Shown piece by piece: positions 19,166 to 27,926 of a stretch of 64,000 bases of DNA; position 1 is the first letter of the stretch, and every line of letters starts with the position of its first letter. The notes below the pieces were generated by a model. That model was not told where the DNA came from. It ran no database searches and saw only the letters and a program-made list of their open reading frames with translations. The position numbers and the translations under genes are program-made. The stretch comes from an uncultured bacterium (GTDB lineage: Bacteria; Babelota; Babeliae; Babelales; Vermiphilaceae). The stretch spans positions 1,248,001 to 1,312,000 of the forward strand of contig OY969699.1 of NCBI GenBank assembly GCA_963702025.1. The letters run 5' to 3'.

Positions 19166-20611
19166 CTAATACCCTTTTGGGTGCATTGTATGCCAAGAAT
19201 TTTGCTGTTCATACGCATACGCTATTTTAAACATTAGCTCTTCACCCAAATGCGGTGCGATAATTTGAAAACCGATCGGCAAGCCGGATTTAGAAAATCC
19301 ACCCGGAATAGATACTGCCGCATTGCCTGCTAAGTTTGCCGAGCAGGTAAAATAATCTTGCAGATCCATTTGCAATTTATCAACATCAAAAGCGCCAAAT
19401 TTAAAGGCCGGCGTTGGTGAGGTTGGCATCAAAAGCACCGTAACATCTTTAAAAGTATCCACAAATGCTTGGCGCATAACTGCTTGCACTTGCTTTGCCT
19501 TTTTATAATAGGCATCCGCATGGCCGGCAGAAAGCACATAGTTACCGATCATGATACGGCTTTTCACTTCAGCGCCAAAACCATCATGGCGCGTATTGGC
19601 ATACATTTTTTCAAGTGTTTTTGCGTCTTTGGCGCGCAAGCCATAGCGCACGCCATCGAAGCGGCCCAAATTTGATGCCGCTTCGGCACGGCTCACAATA
19701 AAATAAACAGCCGTGGCATAATCAAGCACCGGAATTTTTATTTTTTTAATCGTGGCGCCTAATTTTTCATAGACTTGTATTGCCTGCTCAATGGCCGCGA
19801 TTACTTCAGGATCCATGCCCTCAGCATACAATGCATTTTCAACGATACCGATGGTGCAATTTGGGGGGAGTTTACCATCCAATGTTTTGGTGTAATTTTT
19901 TTTCTCCACGGTCAAACTGGAAGAATCTTTAGGATCATGACCGGCGATAGCAGATAATACTAGCGCATTATCGTACACGGTTCGGGTACAAATACCAATT
20001 TGATCAAGTGAAGAACCATAGGCAACCAGCCCGTAACGGGATACCAGACCATAGGTTGGCTTGCTGCCAACAATATTGCAAAATGCAGCCGGCTGGCGCA
20101 CCGAACCACCCGTTTCTGAACCGAGCGCCCATGGTACCAAGCCCGCGGCAACCGCCGCAGCCGAACCACCACTCGAACCACCGGGTACGCGTGAGTGGTC
20201 CCATGGATTTTTTGTCTTTTGATATGCTGAAGTTTCAGTTGAACTTCCCATGGCAAATTCATCACAATTAGCGCGCCCGATCAACAGAGCGCCCTGCTCT
20301 TTGAGCCGCAGGGTGGCAGTGGCATCGAAGGTTGATTCAAAACCCTCTAAAATTTTAGAGGAACAAGAAACTTTGCGATCCTTTTGGCAAATATTATCTT
20401 TCAAAAGTCCGGGGATTCCTGCAAGCGCGCCATCGGTTTTGCTCACCGCAACTACCGAGTCTTTCTCAAAGATCTCAAGCGCCGAACCCAAATCGGGATC
20501 ATATTTTTTAAAACGTGCAACAGAATGCTCGAGCAGCTCTTGAGCGGTAATTTCATTAGTATCTAGTTTCGTGCGCAATTCTTTGATTGACGCAAAGGAT
20601 AAATTGTTCAT
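19166..20611 (-). CDS. gatA: Asp/Glu-tRNA amidotransferase subunit A
   Basis: DEFAMGSSTE, PGGSSGGSAAAV, GSETGGSVRQPA and RFDGVRYG. Confidence 0.97.
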   Translation of the reverse strand: MNNLSFASIKELRTKLDTNEITAQELLEHSVARFKKYDPDLGSALEIFEKDSVVAVSKTDGALAGIPGLLKDNICQKDRKVSCSSKILEGFESTFDATATLRLKEQGALLIGRANCDEFAMGSSTETSAYQKTKNPWDHSRVPGGSSGGSAAAVAAGLVPWALGSETGGSVRQPAAFCNIVGSKPTYGLVSRYGLVAYGSSLDQIGICTRTVYDNALVLSAIAGHDPKDSSSLTVEKKNYTKTLDGKLPPNCTIGIVENALYAEGMDPEVIAAIEQAIQVYEKLGATIKKIKIPVLDYATAVYFIVSRAEAASNLGRFDGVRYGLRAKDAKTLEKMYANTRHDGFGAEVKSRIMIGNYVLSAGHADAYYKKAKQVQAVMRQAFVDTFKDVTVLLMPTSPTPAFKFGAFDVDKLQMDLQDYFTCSANLAGNAAVSIPGGFSKSGLPIGFQIIAPHLGEELMFKIAYAYEQQNSWHTMHPKGY

Positions 20612-20636
20612 ATAAGCCTATAATAATTTCCAGTAT

Positions 20637-20720
20637 CGCGCTCGAATGGTTCGACAAGCTCACCACGAGCGGGTTACTTTTCTAGTCCGCTCATCCTGAG
20701 CTTGTCGAAGGAAATGAGCG
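20637..20720. repeat. Palindromic REP-like element in the gatC-gatA spacer
   Basis: Inverted arms TTCGACAAGCTCA/TGAGCTTGTCGAA and GAGCGG/CCGCTC. Related copies at about 35383 and 37257. Confidence 0.75.
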
Positions 20721-20741
20721 ATTTTACATTGCTTTAATATT

Positions 20742-21026
20742 CTATTCATGTTCCAAAATTGCCGGTACCACAAAATAATCTTCTTCAATATCGGGTGCTT
20801 CTTGTTTAATGCGGGCATCATCATAGGGAATCACCACATCTTCACGAAACACATTCACATTCTGGGGAAGCGGCGGTTGAGCGCCAGTAGCCACCTCATT
20901 AACCCGAGCAGCATAAGCGAGCACCGATTCTAAATGCTTCATGAGCGGTTCAATTTCATCCTCATGAATGGTTATGCGCGACATGTGCGCAATTTTGAGT
21001 ACTTCTTCTTTGGTAATAATAGCCAT
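20742..21026 (-). CDS. gatC: Asp/Glu-tRNA amidotransferase subunit C
   Basis: ITKEEVLKIAHMSRI...NVFRED...YFVVPAIL; lies upstream of gatA. Confidence 0.93.
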   Translation of the reverse strand: MAIITKEEVLKIAHMSRITIHEDEIEPLMKHLESVLAYAARVNEVATGAQPPLPQNVNVFREDVVIPYDDARIKQEAPDIEEDYFVVPAILEHE

Positions 21027-21036
21027 ATTTTTTCCC

Positions 21037-22437
21037 CTACAATTCTTGTTGTTGCCACTTTGATCCGCGCAACCGCCTGATATACACAATACTCATCAAT
21101 CCATTGCCTATATAAAACGAACCATAAATTAATAAAAATTTCAGTCCAAGATCACGCATCGGGAGCTCTGCTATAAAGAATGAAACCGGCACAAAATAGC
21201 CAATACACACTGCCAAACGGGTCCACATAACCACTTTAACATCGCCAACACCCCGAAGCGCGCCGGATAATATCAATTGTATCAGATCGAAGAAAACCAG
21301 TACACTCAAAATAGGAAAAATACGCGTAGTAAGATCGGTAAAATCCCCACTTTTATCAAAAATCCTCATGAGTGTTTGGGGATATAATGAAAAGAGCGCC
21401 AGGATGGAAAATACCATTATCGATGCCAAAAATACCACCTTTTTTATGTTACTTTTTATCCCTGCCCAATTATGAATACCATGATCATTACTCACCAAAA
21501 AGGTGATAATCTGGGCAAGCGCGATTGCGGGTAAAAAGGCAAACCGCTCTAAATCTTTGATAGCGCAAAAGCTGGCCGTGGAACAGGTGCCCATGGTATT
21601 TATCATTTTATTGAGCCAGATATAGGCAAATGCGAGCGTAGCTTTATCAATAGCAACCGGCCAAATTATAAAAAAAAGCTCTTTTACATACGAAAGTTTG
21701 GTAATGCCAGAAAAAAGGTCAATGCTAAAATGCCGGTATTCTTTATTACAGAGCACAAAACAGGCAGCGGCAATACTCATGCATATGCTTTGTATCACTG
21801 AGGCCCAGGCGGATCCATTAAAACCAATCTCGCCAAATCCAAAGTGGCCGAATAATAAACTATAGTCAAAAAAAACAAATACAAGCGCACCAATAAGAAA
21901 GACATACATGGGAATCCGCGTATTCTTAATAGCGCGTAAAAACCCGATAAATGCTAAATAAACAAAGGTAAAGAAAATACCGATCGCGCGCAATCGCCAA
22001 AAGGGTATGCCCAGCGCCACAATTTCCGGGCTCGCATTGAGCCACACCAATGTATTTTCTGCCCTAAAATATAATATCAAAGCAAAAATGAACCCAAAGA
22101 AAATGGTGATCCAAAACGTATCTTTAAATATCTTTCCCGCCTTTTTAAAGTCCTGCAAACCATTATAATTACCCACGAGAATCACTGCGCCAATAGAAAA
22201 TGCCTCAGCAATTTTAAACAGCATATGAAGCGTGTTATTAATAGTTCCCTGGGCCGCGTAGGCAGGAGTTGATTTTAAAAAACTAATAAAATAGGAATCG
22301 ATCCAAAATGGTAATGCAAAGATTACAAACGAAGTAATAAATTCCGGCAAAAAATAACGGATAATACGCCAGTAACTCACTCCATGATGCGTATCAACAA
22401 TACCGGCAAAATAACTTGCCAAGAGCCCTTGTTTCAT
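21037..22437 (-). CDS. MATE family efflux transporter
   Basis: About 12 TMs. GFLRAIKNTRIPM, GFNGSAWAS and GALRGVGD. Confidence 0.88.
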   Translation of the reverse strand: MKQGLLASYFAGIVDTHHGVSYWRIIRYFLPEFITSFVIFALPFWIDSYFISFLKSTPAYAAQGTINNTLHMLFKIAEAFSIGAVILVGNYNGLQDFKKAGKIFKDTFWITIFFGFIFALILYFRAENTLVWLNASPEIVALGIPFWRLRAIGIFFTFVYLAFIGFLRAIKNTRIPMYVFLIGALVFVFFDYSLLFGHFGFGEIGFNGSAWASVIQSICMSIAAACFVLCNKEYRHFSIDLFSGITKLSYVKELFFIIWPVAIDKATLAFAYIWLNKMINTMGTCSTASFCAIKDLERFAFLPAIALAQIITFLVSNDHGIHNWAGIKSNIKKVVFLASIMVFSILALFSLYPQTLMRIFDKSGDFTDLTTRIFPILSVLVFFDLIQLILSGALRGVGDVKVVMWTRLAVCIGYFVPVSFFIAELPMRDLGLKFLLIYGSFYIGNGLMSIVYIRRLRGSKWQQQEL

Positions 22438-22517
22438 AATATCCCTCTTTCTCTTTCAATGTTGAGACCTGCGATAAAAATCCCCATCTCTGTCGCCAGG
22501 TATAAACCAACAAATTT

Positions 22518-23159
22518 TTAATGTCGAGCAAAAAAAATTAATCTTCTTTTTTTGCTCTTAACCATATAGTCAACTTCGCGCTCAAAAAATGGCTCCTCCT
22601 GTTTGGTTATCTGCCATTCAGCCGAGGCCCAATAGACCAGTTGCCGATTATTATAGGGGCAACTTGGCTTAAACATGCGCATCAATTCATCAGTGTGCAA
22701 TGAGGCGCGGGAAACAAAAAGTTCAACCGGCTCATAAGTTTTGCGCAAAAAAGTTCGCCAATCCATATCCCACACTTGGCTATTTTCCAATTTAAGTTCC
22801 TCAAAGACCATGTTCAAAAATGCAATTTTTTTCTTGTTAACCTCAATAAGAATCAAGCTAAGATGCGGAAACAGAATTTTAAGCGGAATACCCGGAAAAC
22901 CTGCCCCGCTTCCCACATCGGCAATCAGAGAAAGTTTGTTAAAATCAATGAAATTACTTATCACCAATGAATCCTGAAAATGGTAGGCAATAATACCTGC
23001 CGGATCCTTGATGGCGGTTAAATTAAACAGTTCACTATGTTCTTGAACCAGGGCCAGATAGCGCGCAAATTGATCAATTTGCGTTGCATTAAGACTATAT
23101 TTTTTTACCAATTGATCCCAAACTGCCAGCTGCATAAACTCAAAAGGCATTGTATTCAC
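22518..23159 (-). CDS. rsmG: 16S rRNA m7G527 methyltransferase
   Basis: FNLTAI, HFQDSL, DVGSGAGFPGIPL, KKIAFL and SRA. Confidence 0.9.
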   Translation of the reverse strand: MNTMPFEFMQLAVWDQLVKKYSLNATQIDQFARYLALVQEHSELFNLTAIKDPAGIIAYHFQDSLVISNFIDFNKLSLIADVGSGAGFPGIPLKILFPHLSLILIEVNKKKIAFLNMVFEELKLENSQVWDMDWRTFLRKTYEPVELFVSRASLHTDELMRMFKPSCPYNNRQLVYWASAEWQITKQEEPFFEREVDYMVKSKKRRLIFFARH

Positions 23160-23238
23160 GGGAAAACTCCAAAACCATAGATTTTATTTTTTCATTTTTG
23201 TTAGGGTGTTAATGGTATCTAACTATTAAGAGAGAATT

Positions 23239-23946
23239 ATGAGAATATATAGTATCGCGTCATTTCTCCTTATTTTAGCACTTATTTTCAATAATCTCCA
23301 TGCGGATCAGCTCATAACGATCTACCTCAAACCATACCCCGTAGTTTCTCAAGCAGAAGCATCTAAAAAAATTGGCAACAAACTCCATCGCCCGGGTAAA
23401 ATAGCTTCAAACAGATCAAAACACAGCTTTCGGCCACCCGTATCTGGTATGTTTGCCACCTATGGCGGATTTTTAACCATATCAGATTTTGATGGAGAAA
23501 TAGCATTTCCGCGCAAAACAACACGCCCTTTTTTATATCTGATAATAACCGAACGCATGACCCCGATTGTAATGTCGGGCAATACATTGGCCTACTGGGA
23601 ACGTAATGAGGATGCGCCAGTTGCCTATTATGCAATGGAACAAAAATTTGATCCGGATTCAAGAGCCTTTTATTGGGATGTTACGCAAGAACCGATACCA
23701 GCCGATACAAAAATACCACTTGAATCCATGGTTATTTTTGCCGACCCAAAATATGTCTATGTACCCCTTGGCGTAAGCATTACAAGGCAAAGCCCACACT
23801 TATTGCTCCCGGATATTTATATTAAAAACGGCATCAATTTGACCGCAAATGCATTATATATAACAAACCTTGCCCATTATTTTGGTGGCATATTACCGCT
23901 CTTTAAAAAAGAAAAACTCGGCTTTCAAAGACATTTGACATATTAA
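23239..23946 (+). CDS. Exported hypothetical protein
   Basis: 235-aa ORF with a signal peptide ending in LHA. Confidence 0.7.
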   Translation: MRIYSIASFLLILALIFNNLHADQLITIYLKPYPVVSQAEASKKIGNKLHRPGKIASNRSKHSFRPPVSGMFATYGGFLTISDFDGEIAFPRKTTRPFLYLIITERMTPIVMSGNTLAYWERNEDAPVAYYAMEQKFDPDSRAFYWDVTQEPIPADTKIPLESMVIFADPKYVYVPLGVSITRQSPHLLLPDIYIKNGINLTANALYITNLAHYFGGILPLFKKEKLGFQRHLTY

Positions 23947-24055
23947 CAAAAGAAATTAAATATAATTAGTACACGCAAGCAAAACCATAGCAACGCTGTG
24001 CTAAAATTTCCAAATATCGGGACCTTGTTGTATATCGTAAAAGGAAAAAAAGAAG

Positions 24056-24679
24056 ATGAAACTTCAAATATCATTTGATGTCACTGATCTGGATAACGCT
24101 ATCGATCTTGCCAAACTAGTAGCAGATCACTGCGATATTCTGGAAATAGGCACACTTTTGATTTATAAAAATGGCGTTGCGGCTGTTGAGCGTTTTCGAG
24201 AAACATTTCCTAAAAAAACACTTCTTGCTGATACCAAAATTATTGACCGTGGCAAAGAAGCGGTAGCCACCATGGCGAGTGCCGGCGCAGACTGGATTAC
24301 CGTAATGGCAGGAACCGGCAAAGAAGTTATTCATTCGGCATCCACCATGGCCCACCAACGCAATGTAAAAGTAATGCTCGATTTGGTTGATTCGGGGTCA
24401 CCGGGCCAATCGGCTCTCGATGCTAAAAATTTGGGCGCTGATGCATTATTGTTTCATCAAGCATATGATGAAAAAGATGCGCTTATTTTGCTTGATAAAT
24501 GGGAAATGGTTCGCGGTAACACCCCGCTGCCTATTTTTGTTTCGGCAAAAATTACTCGAACCACTATTTTGAATATTCTCAATATCAAACCGGACGGCAT
24601 AGTGGTTGGCAAAAGCATCACCGATGCGGATGATCCGGCGCAAGAAGCTGCTTTCTATTATCAATTGAGTAATGAATAA
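24056..24679 (+). CDS. OMPDC/HUMPS family protein (3-hexulose-6-phosphate synthase-like)
   Basis: MKLQISFD, DILEIGT.LI, ADTKIID.G, AGADWITV and VVGKSIT.A.DP. Confidence 0.85.
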   Translation: MKLQISFDVTDLDNAIDLAKLVADHCDILEIGTLLIYKNGVAAVERFRETFPKKTLLADTKIIDRGKEAVATMASAGADWITVMAGTGKEVIHSASTMAHQRNVKVMLDLVDSGSPGQSALDAKNLGADALLFHQAYDEKDALILLDKWEMVRGNTPLPIFVSAKITRTTILNILNIKPDGIVVGKSITDADDPAQEAAFYYQLSNE

Positions 24680-24758
24680 AATATTTTTTTGACAATTGCT
24701 CTTTTTTAATACTAATATGTCAGCAGTTATCTATTATTCAATTCCAAAAAGGAGCTTT

Positions 24759-25358
24759 ATGAAATTACACGCAACATTTACCTTAGCACTCTTACTCTCA
24801 ATAGCACCTCAGTTTGGCTATGCGGTAAAAAGTGATCTTGACTACTGCCAGTCGGAAGAATATAGCTACCGGCTTTCGCTCGATGGTCTTAAATTAACCT
24901 CTGATGATAATCAAGCATTCGTGGTGTTACTCTCCAATAAAATTTTGATCCCCGATAACTGGAATGGTAAATTCGGACTAAAAGATCGCATTACCAAAGA
25001 GGTTATTAAAAATCGTTTTAATGCCCACGTTGCTCACGATTCACTCAACCTCGATGTAGAAGTTCCGGCAGGACAACTTTCCATCATTTCTAATGATGAA
25101 GCGCTTGAAGTTCTTTACTATGTGGCACAAGATTTGATCGAAAGAAAATCGGCCGGCGATGTTCTTAAAGATGCAGGCAAAGTATACGTCACCGAAAAAA
25201 TAGTTGCCGCTGCACTTTGGCTTCTTTCCAATAGCAATGTGGAAGCATTGTTACCGGATGCAATAACCAGAGATCGCGTGTATCAATTCTTACGCACTGA
25301 AATTGCACGATACGGCGCTGAAAATTTTATCGCGCGAATAAATAATAGCGTTAAGTAA
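24759..25358 (+). CDS. Exported hypothetical protein
   Basis: AAGGAG RBS before MKLHA. Signal peptide. Confidence 0.7.
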   Translation: MKLHATFTLALLLSIAPQFGYAVKSDLDYCQSEEYSYRLSLDGLKLTSDDNQAFVVLLSNKILIPDNWNGKFGLKDRITKEVIKNRFNAHVAHDSLNLDVEVPAGQLSIISNDEALEVLYYVAQDLIERKSAGDVLKDAGKVYVTEKIVAAALWLLSNSNVEALLPDAITRDRVYQFLRTEIARYGAENFIARINNSVK

Positions 25359-25375
25359 TCTACAGATTTTTTACC

Positions 25376-25410
25376 AGAGAGAGACAGTTTCATCTGTCTC
25401 TCTCTTTTTT
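25376..25410 (+). terminator. Rho-independent terminator
   Basis: Stem AGAGAGAGACAG/CTGTCTCTCTCT followed by a T-run, between convergent genes. Confidence 0.8.
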
Positions 25411-27001
25411 ATTGTGATTCATAAAAGAACAAAACCGGCGTTTGCTTGCGATCCGAGCCATATCCTTGTTGGGCTATTTTTGCCATTTCTTGTAAAGAAA
25501 CTGCACTAATAGCAGTATCATTACAAAAATACCAAGAATTCCCTACACGCACATATGAAGTATAATGGCCACCTTGCGGATCACCGGCATGGATAACCAC
25601 TCCCTTGAGCCGATATTTTGGTAATGATTTATCAGAAAATGGGTTTATGTTCATATTTTCTAGTTCAAATGAAATTGGTATTCCTTTTTTAATAAATATT
25701 TTATTTTCGGGATTATATATTTTGCGGCGTAAGCTAATAATAAAATATTTGCCCGTTCTTTCTAACTGGCTTAACTTTTTAATTGTTTGTATCCCAGACC
25801 CAATCGTTGTAGATTCAAAAAAACCTTCCATACAATTAATTAATGTTTTATCAGTTTCATCTATCGGCAAAGAAAGAATAGTTTCTTGCGTAATTTTTGG
25901 GCGACGATTAACAAATTGCAGTATGTCAGGATTTTGATTTGCAACATACACAAGACCGGGATATCTTTTCTCGAGCGCCGACAATGTTGGACACTCTTTG
26001 ATCAGTTGGCTAATCTTCAAAGAACCAAGCGCAGGATTATTTTGTAATACGTCATACAATTCGGGATAAAAATTCCCAATATCCCTTATCGTGGTGTTTT
26101 CTAACCCACGAATAACCGTCGATTTTACAGAAAAAGTAACAAGAGAAGCAATTGTATCAACATTCTTGATTGAAACAAAATCGGATTTAGCATCCGCTCC
26201 GATTAGACCGGTAAGAAGCAGCTGCACAAATTCCGCCGCATCTTGGGGTGTTCCTTGGCTTTCTCCCATCATTTTCCAGCCCTGAACACAAAATTCGAGC
26301 GGATTCACCTCCGCTTCTTGCGACGTCTTAAGTTTTTGTATAAGTTTTATATAGCTCTGCGCAATGGTATTTGGCCGATAGGATTCAGCATTTTGCACCA
26401 ACATATCCGTTAAACGATCCAGTCCAAACAAGCATTGAATGGCCGCGTTCATAAAACAACGATTGCCGGTTTTAGGATTTCGCTGCTCAAAATTAACCAA
26501 TCCGTGCGGCTCGCCCGGGATTGCTTTTGTAATGTTTGGAGTTTTTGGAATTGCCGGAAGTGGTCGAGCAAGAACTTTTGGCGCAACAGGGGTTACTGGT
26601 CGCGCTACCGGTTTTTGTATTGTAGCTTGAACTTTATCTATTAATTGTCCCAATACAATATTTGCAAACTGCTCTAAAGAGATAGTGCCATAGATCTTGC
26701 TGGTAATATTTTCTTTTTTATACTCAGGCTTTAATGCGAATTCTTTAATTGTTTGCAATTTTTCAAGAAGACCAGGCAAATTCCCCGAGGGCCTATTCAG
26801 CTCTTTTTGCGCCTCAACCAAAAAATCTTTTACTAACGTTATTCCGGGAGATCGCGCTGAAGATATATCTTCAATCACATTTTCCAAATGATCATTGATA
26901 CGACCGTATTCAGAAAGCACTTCCATTGAAACAACAGTCATCATCGATAAAACAAGTATCTGCACTATCACATGATTAATTTTTTTTGCATCACGTGTCA
27001 T
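25409..27001 (-). CDS. Eukaryote-like ubiquitin-specific protease (peptidase C19/USP), exported
   Basis: Cys box GLVN...GNRCFMNAAIQCL, QDAAEF, His box YRLKGVVIHAG...GGHYTSYVR...WYFCND, and PVLFFYE. AAGGAG RBS before the ATG at 27001. Confidence 0.9.
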   Translation of the reverse strand: MTRDAKKINHVIVQILVLSMMTVVSMEVLSEYGRINDHLENVIEDISSARSPGITLVKDFLVEAQKELNRPSGNLPGLLEKLQTIKEFALKPEYKKENITSKIYGTISLEQFANIVLGQLIDKVQATIQKPVARPVTPVAPKVLARPLPAIPKTPNITKAIPGEPHGLVNFEQRNPKTGNRCFMNAAIQCLFGLDRLTDMLVQNAESYRPNTIAQSYIKLIQKLKTSQEAEVNPLEFCVQGWKMMGESQGTPQDAAEFVQLLLTGLIGADAKSDFVSIKNVDTIASLVTFSVKSTVIRGLENTTIRDIGNFYPELYDVLQNNPALGSLKISQLIKECPTLSALEKRYPGLVYVANQNPDILQFVNRRPKITQETILSLPIDETDKTLINCMEGFFESTTIGSGIQTIKKLSQLERTGKYFIISLRRKIYNPENKIFIKKGIPISFELENMNINPFSDKSLPKYRLKGVVIHAGDPQGGHYTSYVRVGNSWYFCNDTAISAVSLQEMAKIAQQGYGSDRKQTPVLFFYESQ

Positions 27002-27075
27002 TATTTCTCCTTTCTTTACCCGCGCATAATAAAAAATATAGGTAATTGCGTGGCTCATTAACAAGAGAAATATTT

Positions 27076-27861
27076 TTAAAATGTAGAGTTAACGCGTTCA
27101 CGAAAGACGGTTAACAACGTGCCATGCCCATTCTCTGATGCCATTTGGATTGGTGTTACCCCAGCAAAATCTTCATCTTTCGGGCAAGCGCCCTGTTCCA
27201 CTAAGAACTGAGCAATTTCAGAATGGCCTTCTTCATAGATTTTTTTATCTTCAAAGGGCCAATAATAATCTTGAGCTGTGAGATAGTGCAAGGCGGTCCA
27301 ACCTTTAATAGTATCTTTAGCGCAAGGATCAACACCTTTTTCTAATAAAGTAAGAGCCACGCAAGGACACAAACGTCTAATGTTTGCCATGAGCATGGTC
27401 CTGCCACAAATGTCGTTGATCGCTGCCGACGCCCCGGCGGCCAATAACAGCATGGCCATTTGGTTATCCGGCTTTGAAAGAACTTTAAAGAGTAGATTGA
27501 CACCATTCCCGTCTGTCTGATCAAGCAAAATTGCTGCGCTGAGCGGATCTAATTCTTTAAGCATCTCTTTTGTCGCACGCACTTGTCCGGTACGAGCAAT
27601 CTGACAAAGATGAGCATGTGCATCTTTATACTGCATTTTTTTTATGCCATCCATTTTTGCCAAATGCGCTATCAACACAGCATGTTTAGATCTATCAGCA
27701 TTGAGTGTAAAAAAGCGAGCATCAATGTATTTGGTTGAAAAGGATCGGCCAACCGGTCCCTTTTTGAAGGATCCTGATGGAAACATTCTTTTAAGGCAAA
27801 ACATGCCATGGCTAGCATTTATTGAAAAAAATATGAAAAATATGGTTGCAAAAATCTTCAT
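27076..27861 (-). CDS. Exported ankyrin-repeat protein
   Basis: LLLAAGA...D..GRT, LLEKGVDP, GWTALHY, FLVEQGA and GVTPIQMA. Confidence 0.85.
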   Translation of the reverse strand: MKIFATIFFIFFSINASHGMFCLKRMFPSGSFKKGPVGRSFSTKYIDARFFTLNADRSKHAVLIAHLAKMDGIKKMQYKDAHAHLCQIARTGQVRATKEMLKELDPLSAAILLDQTDGNGVNLLFKVLSKPDNQMAMLLLAAGASAAINDICGRTMLMANIRRLCPCVALTLLEKGVDPCAKDTIKGWTALHYLTAQDYYWPFEDKKIYEEGHSEIAQFLVEQGACPKDEDFAGVTPIQMASENGHGTLLTVFRERVNSTF

Positions 27862-27926
27862 AAAAATATCCTCGAAAGTGTCATTAATATTTTATAAAGA
27901 TCTTCAAATTGTAGCGTACTGTCAAC

